Positions 37,183 to 46,974 of a stretch of 46,974 bases of DNA are shown here, one piece after another. The stretch is from Candidatus Velthaea sp. (GTDB lineage Bacteria > Vulcanimicrobiota > Vulcanimicrobiia > Vulcanimicrobiales > Vulcanimicrobiaceae). The notes below the pieces were generated by a model that made no database searches, had not been told where the DNA came from, and saw only the letters and a list, made by a program, of their open reading frames with translations. Every line of letters begins with the position of its first letter. Positions within the stretch are counted from its first letter, which is position 1. Where the stretch lies: NCBI GenBank assembly GCA_050012475.1, contig JBEKHC010000033.1:1-46974 (forward strand), written 5' to 3'. The position numbers and the translations under genes were made by a program.

Positions 37183-39283
37183 CGCCTATTCGCGACGCGC
37201 CTTCATCCGAACGGCCGGGGCGGTCGGCGTCGGGCTGGTGCTCGCCACCGAATTGCCAGGATGCGGCCCGAAGCCGCCGCCCGCTCTGTTCGCGCCGAAC
37301 GCGTGGCTGCGCATCGCTCCGGACGACGCAATCACCGTCATCCTCAACAAATCCGAGATGGGACAGGGCGTGATCCTCGGATTGCCGACGATCATCGCCG
37401 AGGAACTCGACGCGTCGTTTGATCGCATATCGGTCGAATTCGCTCCCGTCGGCGAGGCGTACATCGATCCGGCCTTCGGCATGATGATCACCGGCGGCAG
37501 CACGAGCGTCGCCGATATGTGGGTGCCGCTTCGCAACGCCGGCGCGACCGCGCGCGGGATGCTCGTCGCCGCAGCGGCGAAGCAATGGTCGGTGGATCCG
37601 CAGTCGTGCACGACGCGCGACGGCGTCGTCTATCACGATGCGTCGCAGCGCAAAGCGACGTACGGTAGCTTGACGGATGCCGCGGCGTCGATGCCCGTCC
37701 CGAAGGACGTTCCGCTGAAGTCGGCTAGCGCGTTCAAGCTTATCGGGAAGCATCGATCGCGGCCGGACATTCCGTCGAAGGTGAACGGATCGGCGCAGTA
37801 CGGCATCGATGTGCGCGTGCCGAACATGATGTACGCGGCGATCGCACGTTCTCCGGTTTTCGGCGGCCGCGTGAAATCGTTCGACGCGACGAAAGCCAAG
37901 GCGGTTCCGGGCGTCACACAGGTCGTGCAGATCTCGAACGGTGTCGCCGTCGTGGCGAAGAACACGTGGGCGGCGTTCCAGGGCAAGAGCCAATTAGACA
38001 TCGCCTGGGACGAGGGACCGAACGCGAACCTTACCTCGGCCGCGCTGTTCGCCGAAGCCGATGGGCTCGCGGCATCTCATCGCGGCGAGCACGTCGCCGT
38101 CACGCGGGGCACGCCCAACATGAGCGCCGGCACCGTCGTCGAAGCGATCTACCGTGGGCCGTTCCTTGCGCACGCGACGATGGAACCGCAGACTGCGACG
38201 GCCGACGTGCGCGACGACCGCTGCGAAGTGTGGGCTCCGAATCAGGTGCAGCAGCGCTGCCAGGCCGATGCGATGGCGGTCACCGGTCTGCCTGCGGACA
38301 AGGTGATCATCAACACGACCCTGCTCGGCGGCGGATTCGGACGCCGTTTGGAATCCGACTACGTTCGCGAAGCCGTCGAGGTATCGAAGGCCGCTAAAGT
38401 CCCGGTCAAGGTGACATGGACGCGCGAGGACGACATTCAGAACGAGTTCTACCGTCCCATGAGCCTGAACGTCGTGCGCGGCGTCGTGGAAGGCGGCGAT
38501 TTGAAGGCACTGTCGCACCGTGTTGTCAGCGCGTCATGGTTCCTTCGCTGGAACCCGAAGTTCCTCAAGAACGGCATCGATGAGACGTCCATCGCCGAAG
38601 CGATCGATGCACCGTATCGGCTTCCGAACTTCGAAGTGACGTTCACCGATCACGAGCATGGGATTCCCGTGGGATCGTGGCGCTCGCCCGATGCGAGTTG
38701 GAACTGCTTCGTCACGGAGTCGTTCATCGATGAACTCGCGCACGCGGCCGGGAAGGATCCGGTGCAGTTCCGGCTCGGGATCCTCGTGCCGCGCGCGGCG
38801 AACGTGCTGAAACTCGCGGTCGAAAAAGCGAAGTGGGGTCAGTCGCAGAAAGGAGTTGCCCAAGGCGTTGCCATCGTCTACTGGAACGGCAGCTACGGCG
38901 CGATGATCGCGGACGTATCGATGGTGGGGGGGCAGCCCAAGGTCCATCGTGTCGTTGCGGCCATCGATTGCGGCACCGTCGTCAATCCCGACATCATCAC
39001 GCAGCAGGGCGTCGGCGCGACGTACTTCGGTCTCTCGGCGGCCCTGACCGGAAAGATCACGATCGGGAAGGGGCGCGTCGAGCAGCACAATTTCTACGAT
39101 TACACGGTGCTGCGGATGGCGGACGCTCCGCCCGTCGATGTTTACACGGTCGAGAGCAGTGAGAAGCCGACGGGGATCGGCGAGGTCTGCACGCCGCCAA
39201 TCGCGCCTGCCGTCGCGAACGCGGTGTTCGCGCTCACCGCCAAGCGCGTTCGCATGCTGCCGTTCAGCGATGCCCTCGGGTAG
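37172..39283 (+). CDS. Molybdopterin-binding large subunit, IorB/aldehyde dehydrogenase-like, Tat-exported
   Basis: SRRAF Tat motif; [27 protein letters not shown] and GIGE motifs. Confidence 0.92.
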   Translation: MASNAYSRRAFIRTAGAVGVGLVLATELPGCGPKPPPALFAPNAWLRIAPDDAITVILNKSEMGQGVILGLPTIIAEELDASFDRISVEFAPVGEAYIDPAFGMMITGGSTSVADMWVPLRNAGATARGMLVAAAAKQWSVDPQSCTTRDGVVYHDASQRKATYGSLTDAAASMPVPKDVPLKSASAFKLIGKHRSRPDIPSKVNGSAQYGIDVRVPNMMYAAIARSPVFGGRVKSFDATKAKAVPGVTQVVQISNGVAVVAKNTWAAFQGKSQLDIAWDEGPNANLTSAALFAEADGLAASHRGEHVAVTRGTPNMSAGTVVEAIYRGPFLAHATMEPQTATADVRDDRCEVWAPNQVQQRCQADAMAVTGLPADKVIINTTLLGGGFGRRLESDYVREAVEVSKAAKVPVKVTWTREDDIQNEFYRPMSLNVVRGVVEGGDLKALSHRVVSASWFLRWNPKFLKNGIDETSIAEAIDAPYRLPNFEVTFTDHEHGIPVGSWRSPDASWNCFVTESFIDELAHAAGKDPVQFRLGILVPRAANVLKLAVEKAKWGQSQKGVAQGVAIVYWNGSYGAMIADVSMVGGQPKVHRVVAAIDCGTVVNPDIITQQGVGATYFGLSAALTGKITIGKGRVEQHNFYDYTVLRMADAPPVDVYTVESSEKPTGIGEVCTPPIAPAVANAVFALTAKRVRMLPFSDALG

Positions 39284-39298
39284 ATAGCTGAGTTCGGC

Positions 39299-39709
39299 TT
39301 GAAAGTGCGACCGCTGTTCGAAATGCGACTAGCGGTGCAAGGACCATCCGAAGTCGGCATCGATGCGTCAGTCGGCCGTCGCATCGGGGTCGTCACCAGC
39401 GGAACGTTCAGCCGCGGACGCCTCTCCGGGACCGTGATGCCCGGTGCGATCGACTGGGGCGAACGACGCGCTGACGGCACCGCGGTCCTCAGCGTTCAAT
39501 TGCTGCTGACGACGGAGGCCGGCGAGCCGATCGCCATGACCTATCGCGGGCTTCGCGCGCAGGTGGCAACCGAGTCCGTGTACTTCAGGATCGCCGCATT
39601 CTTCGAAACGACCGCCGAGAAGTACGCGTGGCTCACGCGCCTTCTTGCGGTCGGCGAAGGCGTGCGCGGCGAGGACGGTCCCATCTACAGCATCGTCGAG
39701 GTGCTATGA
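39299..39709 (+). CDS. DUF3237-family protein
   Basis: RR...V..GTF...RL.G.V.PG..DW...R.DG and YFR....FET...KY.WL motifs. Confidence 0.8.
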   Translation: MKVRPLFEMRLAVQGPSEVGIDASVGRRIGVVTSGTFSRGRLSGTVMPGAIDWGERRADGTAVLSVQLLLTTEAGEPIAMTYRGLRAQVATESVYFRIAAFFETTAEKYAWLTRLLAVGEGVRGEDGPIYSIVEVL

Positions 39710-39731
39710 CACTGCTTCCGAGGAGATGAAC

Positions 39732-39794
39732 ATGCAGTTTCTCACCATCGGGATGCTTGTCGCATTCGTGCTCGTCGCCGCGGCGACGTCCTGA
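39732..39794 (+). CDS. Putative 20-aa hydrophobic small protein
   Basis: GAGGAG RBS 6 nt upstream; MQFLTIGMLVAFVLVAAATS. Confidence 0.35.
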   Translation: MQFLTIGMLVAFVLVAAATS

Positions 39795-39982
39795 CAGAAA
39801 GGGTGTCCGCGGCTAGATAGTATGCGCCGTTTCCGCGTTTCGGATTACCTCACCTAAACAGGTGACTCATTCGGACTTCAAGAGGCCCCTCGGAATTCTT
39901 TGACGCCCGAAGACGCCCGAAGTGTCGTCTATTTCCTTGATGGTCAAGAAGCCGCCGTTTCGGCACCCTTTAAGGAGCTGCG

Positions 39983-41014
39983 ATGGAATTGACTCGTAAC
40001 CATAATGATCGAATGAGCCGACCGGTCCTCTTAGCGCGACAGAAACCGGAGAAGCGGCTTAACGAACAGTCCACCCGCGATCCGAAGTGCGGCACGCTGA
40101 TGTTCGGATCGTCGCTGGCAGACGTTTTCAGCACGCCGGCCTATGATTGCAGAGTAGTTGGCTCAGATCAAAAGCCAGAATTCGCCGTGACGCGACTTCG
40201 CTCTGGCCCAAGAGCTATGGAGAAGGCCCCGGAATATCCGCCGGATCAGGCAATCTTGATCTGCGTGGCACTGACACCCGCCGCGATCGGCCAGTGGCAA
40301 GCCCTTTACAACGGACGAAGCGTGGGCGTTTCGAGAGCGATACCTTTCGCCACGACGTTTATCGATCTGACCTGCCGGATGGAAATGTGGGCACGCGGCC
40401 CGTTCGACTACTTACACTATTACCTTTCTCAAAGACTGCTTGAGAGGATCGCGTTAGACAACGGCGTTTCGCCGCCGTTCCGTCTTCGGGAAGCGTTTTT
40501 CATCGAAGATCTGGTTGTCGCTGAATTGACGAAGACGATTCTCATGCCTGTCAACCACGGCGAGCCACTTGATAGGCTAGCGCTCGATCAGATTGCGATG
40601 GTGATAGGCGCTCACACCTTGCAGTCGCGTTTCGCCGCACCAACGATCGCTGCGGGACCCACGCGCGGACTGGAAGCGTGGCAGAAACTCCGGACCGAAG
40701 AGATGCTGCGAGCGCATCTCGCAGGAAATATCACCGTCATGGAACTTGCAAGCGCGTGCGCACTTTCGGGAAGTAATTTCGCGCGGCGCTTCCGGCTTAG
40801 TTTTGGCACCTCCGTCCACCAACGATTAATTCAGCTACGGATCGAGTGTGCCAAGCAACTGCTTTTGCACACCAACAACTCTTTCGTAGAAATCGCATTG
40901 CTATCCGGATTCTGTGATCAAGCCGCCTTCAGCCGCACCTTCAGCCGTATCGAACGGATAACCCCGTCACGATGGCGACGCCTAAATGACGACGGAGTCG
41001 TGTCCCCCCAATGA
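39983..41014 (+). CDS. AraC-family transcriptional regulator
   Basis: AAGGAG RBS; C-terminal double HTH (ELA..C.LS...F.R.F; EIALLSGFCDQAAFSRTF....TPSRWR). Confidence 0.9.
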   Translation: MELTRNHNDRMSRPVLLARQKPEKRLNEQSTRDPKCGTLMFGSSLADVFSTPAYDCRVVGSDQKPEFAVTRLRSGPRAMEKAPEYPPDQAILICVALTPAAIGQWQALYNGRSVGVSRAIPFATTFIDLTCRMEMWARGPFDYLHYYLSQRLLERIALDNGVSPPFRLREAFFIEDLVVAELTKTILMPVNHGEPLDRLALDQIAMVIGAHTLQSRFAAPTIAAGPTRGLEAWQKLRTEEMLRAHLAGNITVMELASACALSGSNFARRFRLSFGTSVHQRLIQLRIECAKQLLLHTNNSFVEIALLSGFCDQAAFSRTFSRIERITPSRWRRLNDDGVVSPQ

Positions 41015-41017
41015 CGG

Positions 41018-41490
41018 CCGTTTCAAATCGACAAAGCGGCGCGATTCTCAAAGACCTTTTGGGCCTGCGGTGTACCATCGGCGCGAAAGACAGCTCCTAC
41101 TCAGCCGCTCCTGCTAGGGTGCAGCGGATCGAGAACGGCTAGAGCTCCGCTGCCCGTCGACTCTTGAGCGACGTTCGGCGGTCCCTTGTCGTGCGTTTCC
41201 AGACAAAGGTGAAGTGGCTTTGTCGCTTCGCCCGCTAGCCCTCGTTCGGTCGTAGCTCACCTAATGAGGTGAACACGGACCGGTGCTTGTGATTAGCCGC
41301 TCACCGCAACCGCGCCCCTCGGACAGGTCTTGTGCGGTGCCGGCGACACGGCGATGGGACCCTCACGGCGGATTGAAAAACCATGCGTATTGTACGTTTT
41401 TTGGCCCCGCCCTCGACGCCCGTTCAAATTGACAAAACCGGCGCGATTTTCCAAGACACATTCTGGGCGTTCGGTGTACCGTCGGCGCGA
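41018..41490 (+). repeat. Imperfect ~70-bp direct repeat (copies at 41018-41086 and 41420-41490), promoter-like
   Basis: TTCAAAT(C/T)GACAAA..CGGCGCGATT...AAGAC...TGGGC...CGGTGTACC(A/G)TCGGCGCGA in both copies. Confidence 0.75.
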
Positions 41491-41751
41491 GGGTCAGTCT
41501 TAAACATCGTTGACGAGGAGATCGAGAATGAACTCCGATGAGCACGTTGCCAGGCCTGTGTACATTGCGACGCTCGCGCCAGACGCCGACGAAACGTCGC
41601 ACGGCCAGCGGAAAGGTTCCCTGTAACCGACGTCTGCAACGTGAAGATGCGGCACGTCGCGCATTGTACGCAGAATAGTATCCGACCGATCGGCAAAGCG
41701 CGCCGAGACTGCGACGCACGCCTGTCGGCGGAGCGCTAACGGTTCCCAAGC

Positions 41752-44100
41752 GTGGCCATACCGGCGGAATCCGCGTTTTCCGAACTGCTGAGGAAGCATC
41801 GACGCGCCGCCGGATACTCCCAGGAGGCCTTGGCTGAGCGCAGTCGTCTGAGCGCTCGCGCCATCGCGTCACTGGAGCAAGGCAGTCGGCGCGCTCCGTA
41901 TAGCGACACAGTAACGGCCCTCGGCGAGGCGCTTGGTCTCTCTCAGAACGAACGCGCTCAGCTGGAGGAGGCAGCAGCAAGCGCACGTGGCCGCTCACGT
42001 CCGGAAGCGTCTGGCCTCCCGGCTCCCTTGACGTCATTCATCGAGCGCACCGAGGTCGGCGAAATTGCAGGGCTGCTTCTCAAGTATCGCTTGCTGACGA
42101 TCACTGGAAGCGGTGGCGTCGGGAAAACGCGCATTGCCCTTGAGGTTGCTCGGCGCCTCGATCAGCCGTACCACAACATCTGGTTCGTCGATCTGCTTCC
42201 GGTGCGCGACGGAAAGCAGATCGCTCCGCACGTCGCCGGCCTGCTCGACGTGCGCGCAGATGCCGGCAGGAATCTCTTCGTCGCGATCGCTCGTCACCTT
42301 CGCCCGTACCGCACGCTTCTCGTGCTTGACAACAGCGAGCATATCGTCGCCGACGCGGCAGCACTCGTCGGGTCCTTGCTACGGGATTGCCCCCTACTCA
42401 CCGTGCTCGTAACTAGCCGTGAACTCCTCGGACACTCAGGCGAGTTTACCTTTCGGCTTCCGCCGATGAACGAACCGACCGCCTTGGATCTGTTCCTTGC
42501 TCGAGCAAAAGCTACCGATCGCTCCTTGTACTTCGATTCGGAACGGCTTACCGTTGTCGCGGACATCTGCAGGGAATTGGACTACATTCCGCTCGCTATC
42601 GAGCTTGCTGCATCGCGTGTCTCGGTACTCGGGTTTGACGAACTCCGGAAGCGTCTAAAGCGCGGCATAAGCTTTACAGGTAGCCGTGACCTGCCGGCAC
42701 GGCACCAGACGATGGGAGCGACCATTTCGTGGAGCTCTGATCTGTTGACGGATATGGACCGTTTGCTCTTCGAGCGATTGAGCGTCTTCATTGGTGGGTT
42801 CACGTTAGCGGCCGCGGAAGCGGTCTGCGCCGACGCGTCATTGCCTGTCGGCAGCATTGCGGACGGTGTGCTGCGCCTGGTGCAGAAGTCATTGATCGAG
42901 GGTGAACTCGTCGAAACGTCGACGCGCTACCGGTATCTCGAGTCGATTCGATCCTTTGCGTGGGAGCGCTTGTCGACGAACTGCGAGGTGAACGGCATGA
43001 TGTTGCGCCTCATTGGCTGGCTTGTGCAAGAAACGCGCCCACTCGCGCTACAGACGTCACCAGAGCTGTTCATCAAGCTTCGCTCAGAATTGGACAACCT
43101 CGCGGCAAGCGTGAATTGGGCTATCGCGACGGGACACGCTGCGACGATCATTGCCGCGGGTCGGGCGCTGATCGGCTTTCGGCGGGTCTACTACGGGACT
43201 AGTCGTCACGGAGAGATGCGGATTCTAGGGTTCGCGCTCCTGGAGAAACTTCAGGACGGCGATAGCCCAGAAGTCGTTGGACTCCTCAAAAGCGCGATGG
43301 CCGCGTACGTGACGGGCGAAGAACAAGCGGGACTAAAAGCTCGTGCGATCCCACTTCTGATCGCGACCGGGCATGCTTCTCTGACGGCCGATATCCACGC
43401 ACGGCTCGCTCGACTCGAGTTGCTCGCGGAAACGAACGCGCTAGAAGAGCATATTGTGGCGGTCTTGGCCCTCCTTACGCGGGAAGAACGCACGGATTCA
43501 CGAGCCGGCTTTTCACTCACCAGCACACAGTGCGTGCGCTGAATGTTCAAGGATGTTGCCCATGCGCTAGCGGCACTTGGACGACCTGATTGAACCTCCG
43601 GGCAAATCGCACTACCTCGAGGTTCGAATTCTGCGCGCTGAATTCGAGTTCCGACGGTAGCACCTCAAAAGGGGCTTGCGGATTTTGAGGAAGCCCAAGC
43701 CCCGCTTTGCGAGCTACCCGACGGCAAAGTCGCTCGCCGGTATGGTGTTTGGAACGCCGCGTACGCTCCACGTCGGTGACGGCGCAGCCACGGAAGCGGA
43801 TCTCCGTGAAGGTGCTCGCTCTCGTCATGGATGCGAACAATGTCGCCCTATTCTACGTTTTTGTCGATCTCGCTCGCTGTGCCGCCGTCATTGCCGCTAA
43901 AGCGTGTCACGCGGAACCGCGGCCCGCCTTCTTAGCACATGCGGGACGTCAACAATCCTCTCCGCTTGATTTTGACGGGAGCGCTATATATCTCGCCGCA
44001 TTGTTACCGGTCGGTCTTTCGCGCCGAGCGGCCCAAGGCGTTGCGCCCTATTGGTGCTGGCGAAGATCTCTTTGATCTGATCGAAGAGTTTTGGGCGACT
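41752..44100 (+). pseudogene. XRE-HTH + STAND/NB-ARC ATPase + TPR-like regulator; ORF 41752-43542, tail broken by frameshifts and stops
   Basis: FSELLRKHR..AG.SQE.LAE HTH; GSGGVGKT, LDNSEH, PLAIELAA, RLSVF.GGF; helical tail continues in changing frames after 43540. Confidence 0.75.
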
Positions 44101-44282
44101 GACACAGATACGAACACAAAAGGGACCGTGCGTGGCATGCGGCTCGGCTTGGGGCGTAGACTTGGCGCACGATGAACACGCACACCAGCCTCAAACGCTC
44201 GAGTTTCTTGTCCACGTGCGCGGTACGGGTCGGCGCGTCGGCTGTGGGCCTCCAGGCGGCAGGGGCACAGGAGATTTCATAA

Positions 44283-44993
44283 GTGGCAAGCTCTGCAAAT
44301 GGCAAACCCAGCATCGTCTTCTGCCATGGAATTTGGGCAGACGGCTCCTGCTTCAGCAAAGTAATCGGACTTCTTCAAGCCGCCGGCTATGAATGTATCT
44401 CGGCGCAGTATCCGCTCAACACAACTGCCGACGATATCGCCATCGTCAAGAAGACACTGAGCCGCGTCAGCAGTCCCGCAATCCTCGTCGGGCATTCCTA
44501 CGGGGGCCAGGTCATCACCGGGGCCGGGACCGACGACCGCGTTCGCGGGCTCGTGTACATCTGCGCACTCGGCCCCGACGAAGGCGAGACCGCGCAAGGG
44601 CAGCTAGCTAAGTTTCCGACGACGCCCGTCTTCCAGCAAATTGAGGTGGCCGACGATCGCATATGGATGAAGCCCGCGGGCATCGCGGACTTCTGTGGCG
44701 ATCTTCCCGAAGCGGAGCAGAAAGTTGTCTGGGCGACGAATTATCCGCCAGCGGCCGACCTCTTCAGCGCCCCTATGGGTACCCCGGCATGGAAGACGAA
44801 GCCGAGTTGGTACATCGTCGGCAAAGACGACAAGGCCGTGCCTCCCGACCTCGAACGGTTTGTTTCCAAACGCATGGGCGCGCACACGATCGAGCTGGAC
44901 TCGAGCCACTGCCCGATGCTCTCGCAACCGCAAGCCGTCGTCGACATGATCGAAAAGGCTGCGAACGCAGTCCACGACAAGGCTGCAGTCTAG
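44283..44993 (+). CDS. Alpha/beta hydrolase (AB hydrolase-6/esterase-like)
   Basis: CAGGAG RBS; HGIWADGS, GHSYGG, D..V.P and SSH motifs. Confidence 0.9.
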   Translation: MASSANGKPSIVFCHGIWADGSCFSKVIGLLQAAGYECISAQYPLNTTADDIAIVKKTLSRVSSPAILVGHSYGGQVITGAGTDDRVRGLVYICALGPDEGETAQGQLAKFPTTPVFQQIEVADDRIWMKPAGIADFCGDLPEAEQKVVWATNYPPAADLFSAPMGTPAWKTKPSWYIVGKDDKAVPPDLERFVSKRMGAHTIELDSSHCPMLSQPQAVVDMIEKAANAVHDKAAV

Positions 44994-45098
44994 CCGGCCA
45001 TCGGCAGCACTGATTGTAGTGTGCGTGTGCAAGCACGCACACTACACAACGCTCGTTTTCTCGATCTTTACGGCCGAATAGACCCGGCGGAGGACAGT

Positions 45099-45587
45099 AT
45101 GTCAGTCCGAACAGTCCGACACACGGTTGAGGTGGTGCACGTGGTCATTGAGACGAGCAAACCGTCCACTCTCGTCCGGACCGCGCTCGAGAAGCTGGTA
45201 CCCGCGATCGACGCGGAAATTCCAGTGCTGCTTGATGACGGGCTCACCGACCGCCTCAAGCAGCGGCTGGAGGCTGCACCGGAGCTCTCCATCTTTCTCA
45301 AGCGCGATCACGGGATGCTGCTCGGAATCTATGGTGCTGTGCGGAACGCAATACAATACGAGATCGGTAACCCGCTAACCGCGTCGAAGATGACGCGCCA
45401 CCAGTTAGGAGCCGCGAATTACGCCCCTCTCCGTGTCATCGTTTTCGAGGCCGATGCCGGCGGCACTCGTATCGAGTACGACTTGCCGTCGTCGCTGTTC
45501 GGCCAGTTCGGTGACGAACGCGTTACCGAGGTGGGACGCGGCCTCGATATCGCACTTGGACGCAGCCTTTGCTCCGCAGCAGAGTGA
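45099..45587 (+). CDS. DUF302-family protein
   Basis: GGAGGA RBS; DHG.LL, IGNPL.A..M, APLR...E and YDLPSS motifs. Confidence 0.8.
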   Translation: MSVRTVRHTVEVVHVVIETSKPSTLVRTALEKLVPAIDAEIPVLLDDGLTDRLKQRLEAAPELSIFLKRDHGMLLGIYGAVRNAIQYEIGNPLTASKMTRHQLGAANYAPLRVIVFEADAGGTRIEYDLPSSLFGQFGDERVTEVGRGLDIALGRSLCSAAE

Positions 45588-45623
45588 ATTACGTCCGTTC
45601 CATTGACAAAGGAACGTCTGAGG

Positions 45624-46329
45624 ATGAACACATTGAAAGATCGCATCACTGTACAAGGCCGCGACGGCGTGTTTGGGGGCTATATCGCGCGGCCGAAGGC
45701 CTTGCCGGCTCCCGCCGTCGTCGTTCTGCACGAAGTGTTCGGCGTGAACACCGACATCCGCCAGACTTGCGACGAGTTGGCAGAACAAGGCTTCGTTGCA
45801 GTCGCGCCGGACCTATTCTGGCGTCAGGAGCCAGGAGTTGACCTCAGCGTCACCTCCGAACCCGACTGGCAACACGGCCTTCGCCTCAATCACGCCTATG
45901 ACCGAGACGCCGGCGCCAGGGACGTTAAAGACACGGCCAACATCGTGGCCAAGCTCGCCGAATGTAGCGGTAAGGTGGCTGTGCTTGGGTATTGCCTGGG
46001 CGGGCTGATGACTTTCCTAACGGCCGTGCGTTACGGCGTCGATGCAGCGGTCGCCTATCACGGTGGTGACACCGAGAAGTATCTGGGCGAGGTCAACGGG
46101 CTTGATGCACCGCTGCTGATGCATCTTGGCGAGGAGGACGAGTTCATCTCGAAGGCTGCGCAAGCGGAGATCAAAGCGGCACTTGGCAGCAAACCAAACG
46201 CGACCGTCTACAGCTATCCGGGTCAGCGGCACGCCTTCGCTCGGCACAATGGGACGCACTACAGTGCCGCGGCGGCAGCGCTCGCAAATGGGCGGGACAA
46301 ACGAATTTCTCCATCAACAACTGCGGTGA
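45624..46329 (+). CDS. Dienelactone hydrolase family protein with an apparent +1 frameshift near the 3' end
   Basis: HEVFGVN, GYCLGG and YPGQRHAF; natural-looking terminus TNEFLHQQLR* lies in another frame after GGG at 46294-46296 (as read, the ORF runs to 46376). Confidence 0.85.
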
Positions 46330-46433
46330 CCCTCGGACGTCCTGCCGTCCAAGCCGACTTTAGCAGTGCCACTTAGTGCGGCTGCAATCTGGCGTCGACC
46401 ACATCCTTACGACACGCGAAAGAATAAGTGCCG

Positions 46434-46974
46434 TTAAAAATGTTGATTCTTTTGCTTGTTGCCGTTGTCACAACAACTTCGGCGATATGTCGATGCGCTC
46501 CGTCGCCGAACGTGTGCGGGAGCGCGCGTAAACGGCTCCGGCCCGGCGCGACGCAGCAGCGGATTCGAACACGCGCTCGTGTTGATTATGCCAATGGAGA
46601 GCGCCGTAAACAATCCAGCAAACATTCCGGGACAGTGGACGCGCTTTCGCGAGGCGGCATCTGTGACGTTTTCAAGCGTCCGAGAACGATTGGTGCAGTA
46701 GCTCGGCCCAGAAACGTATCCGAGCAGAAATGCCACTTCCGTGATATCCAAATCCGGCCGGTTGAGGTACTCGTGCGCAAGCTCCTGGCGAGCCTCAAGA
46801 AGCAGTTGCCGGAAAGTTGCGCCGTCATCGATTATTCGCCGCTGCAACGTCTGATCGCTCAACCCCAGTTCGCGTGCCACGGCCGATATCTCCGGCCGGC
46901 TTCCCGCGAGCAGACGCTTGAGAATCCATTTCACCTGCTCACTGATCGAACTTTGCGCACGGCGCTCTTCAAGC
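46434..46974 (-). CDS. AraC-family regulator C-terminal part (5' end outside the window); second HTH replaced by unrelated sequence after 46716
   Basis: VARELGLS..TLQRR, EARQELA..YL, ITEVAFLLGY, then loss of the expected SF.RAF...G..P motif. Confidence 0.75.
   Translation of the reverse strand, partial: LEERRAQSSISEQVKWILKRLLAGSRPEISAVARELGLSDQTLQRRIIDDGATFRQLLLEARQELAHEYLNRPDLDITEVAFLLGYVSGPSYCTNRSRTLENVTDAASRKRVHCPGMFAGLFTALSIGIINTSACSNPLLRRAGPEPFTRAPAHVRRRSASTYRRSCCDNGNKQKNQHF

Noticed and set aside
46555..46580. GGATTCGAAC tRNA-like motif
   Set aside because: Isolated 10-mer with no cloverleaf

Overview
GC-rich bacterial window with no rRNA, tRNA, CRISPR array or transposase that I can support. 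The gene mix suggests a soil trace-gas oxidiser such as Eremiobacterota/Vulcanimicrobiota or an actinobacterium-like lineage (inference only). Left half (1-23.6 kb) is intact metabolism: (i) the 3' part of a group 1h (actinobacterial-type, high-affinity) [NiFe]-hydrogenase operon with its accessory genes, an unexpected YceI-like gene and hypC; (ii) a glucose dehydrogenase and GH63 pair; (iii) a secreted protein, a Crp/Fnr regulator, a catalytically degenerate HAD protein, a MIP channel, and a membrane-anchored NDH-2-like flavoprotein with a His-repeat membrane partner behind a CRP/NtcA-type box; (iv) a DeoR-controlled erythritol/threitol uptake and catabolism locus ending in a strong hairpin. 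Right half (23.6-47 kb) is accessory and partly decayed. Its most striking part is two adjacent intact caspase-like (CHAT) protease genes: an alpha/beta-hydrolase-linker-CHAT fusion carrying repeated (G/D)LL(G/S) motifs, and a TPR-CHAT protein. A broken LuxR-STAND-TPR gene follows. Together they are a candidate undescribed protease-activated lipase/hydrolase conflict or immunity system. Further right lie gene remnants (an XdhC/antiporter chimera), an IorAB-type molybdoenzyme, AraC regulators, a duplicated ~70-bp promoter-like element, a second broken STAND gene and small hydrolase genes. All family assignments come from motif recognition by eye, not database searches.
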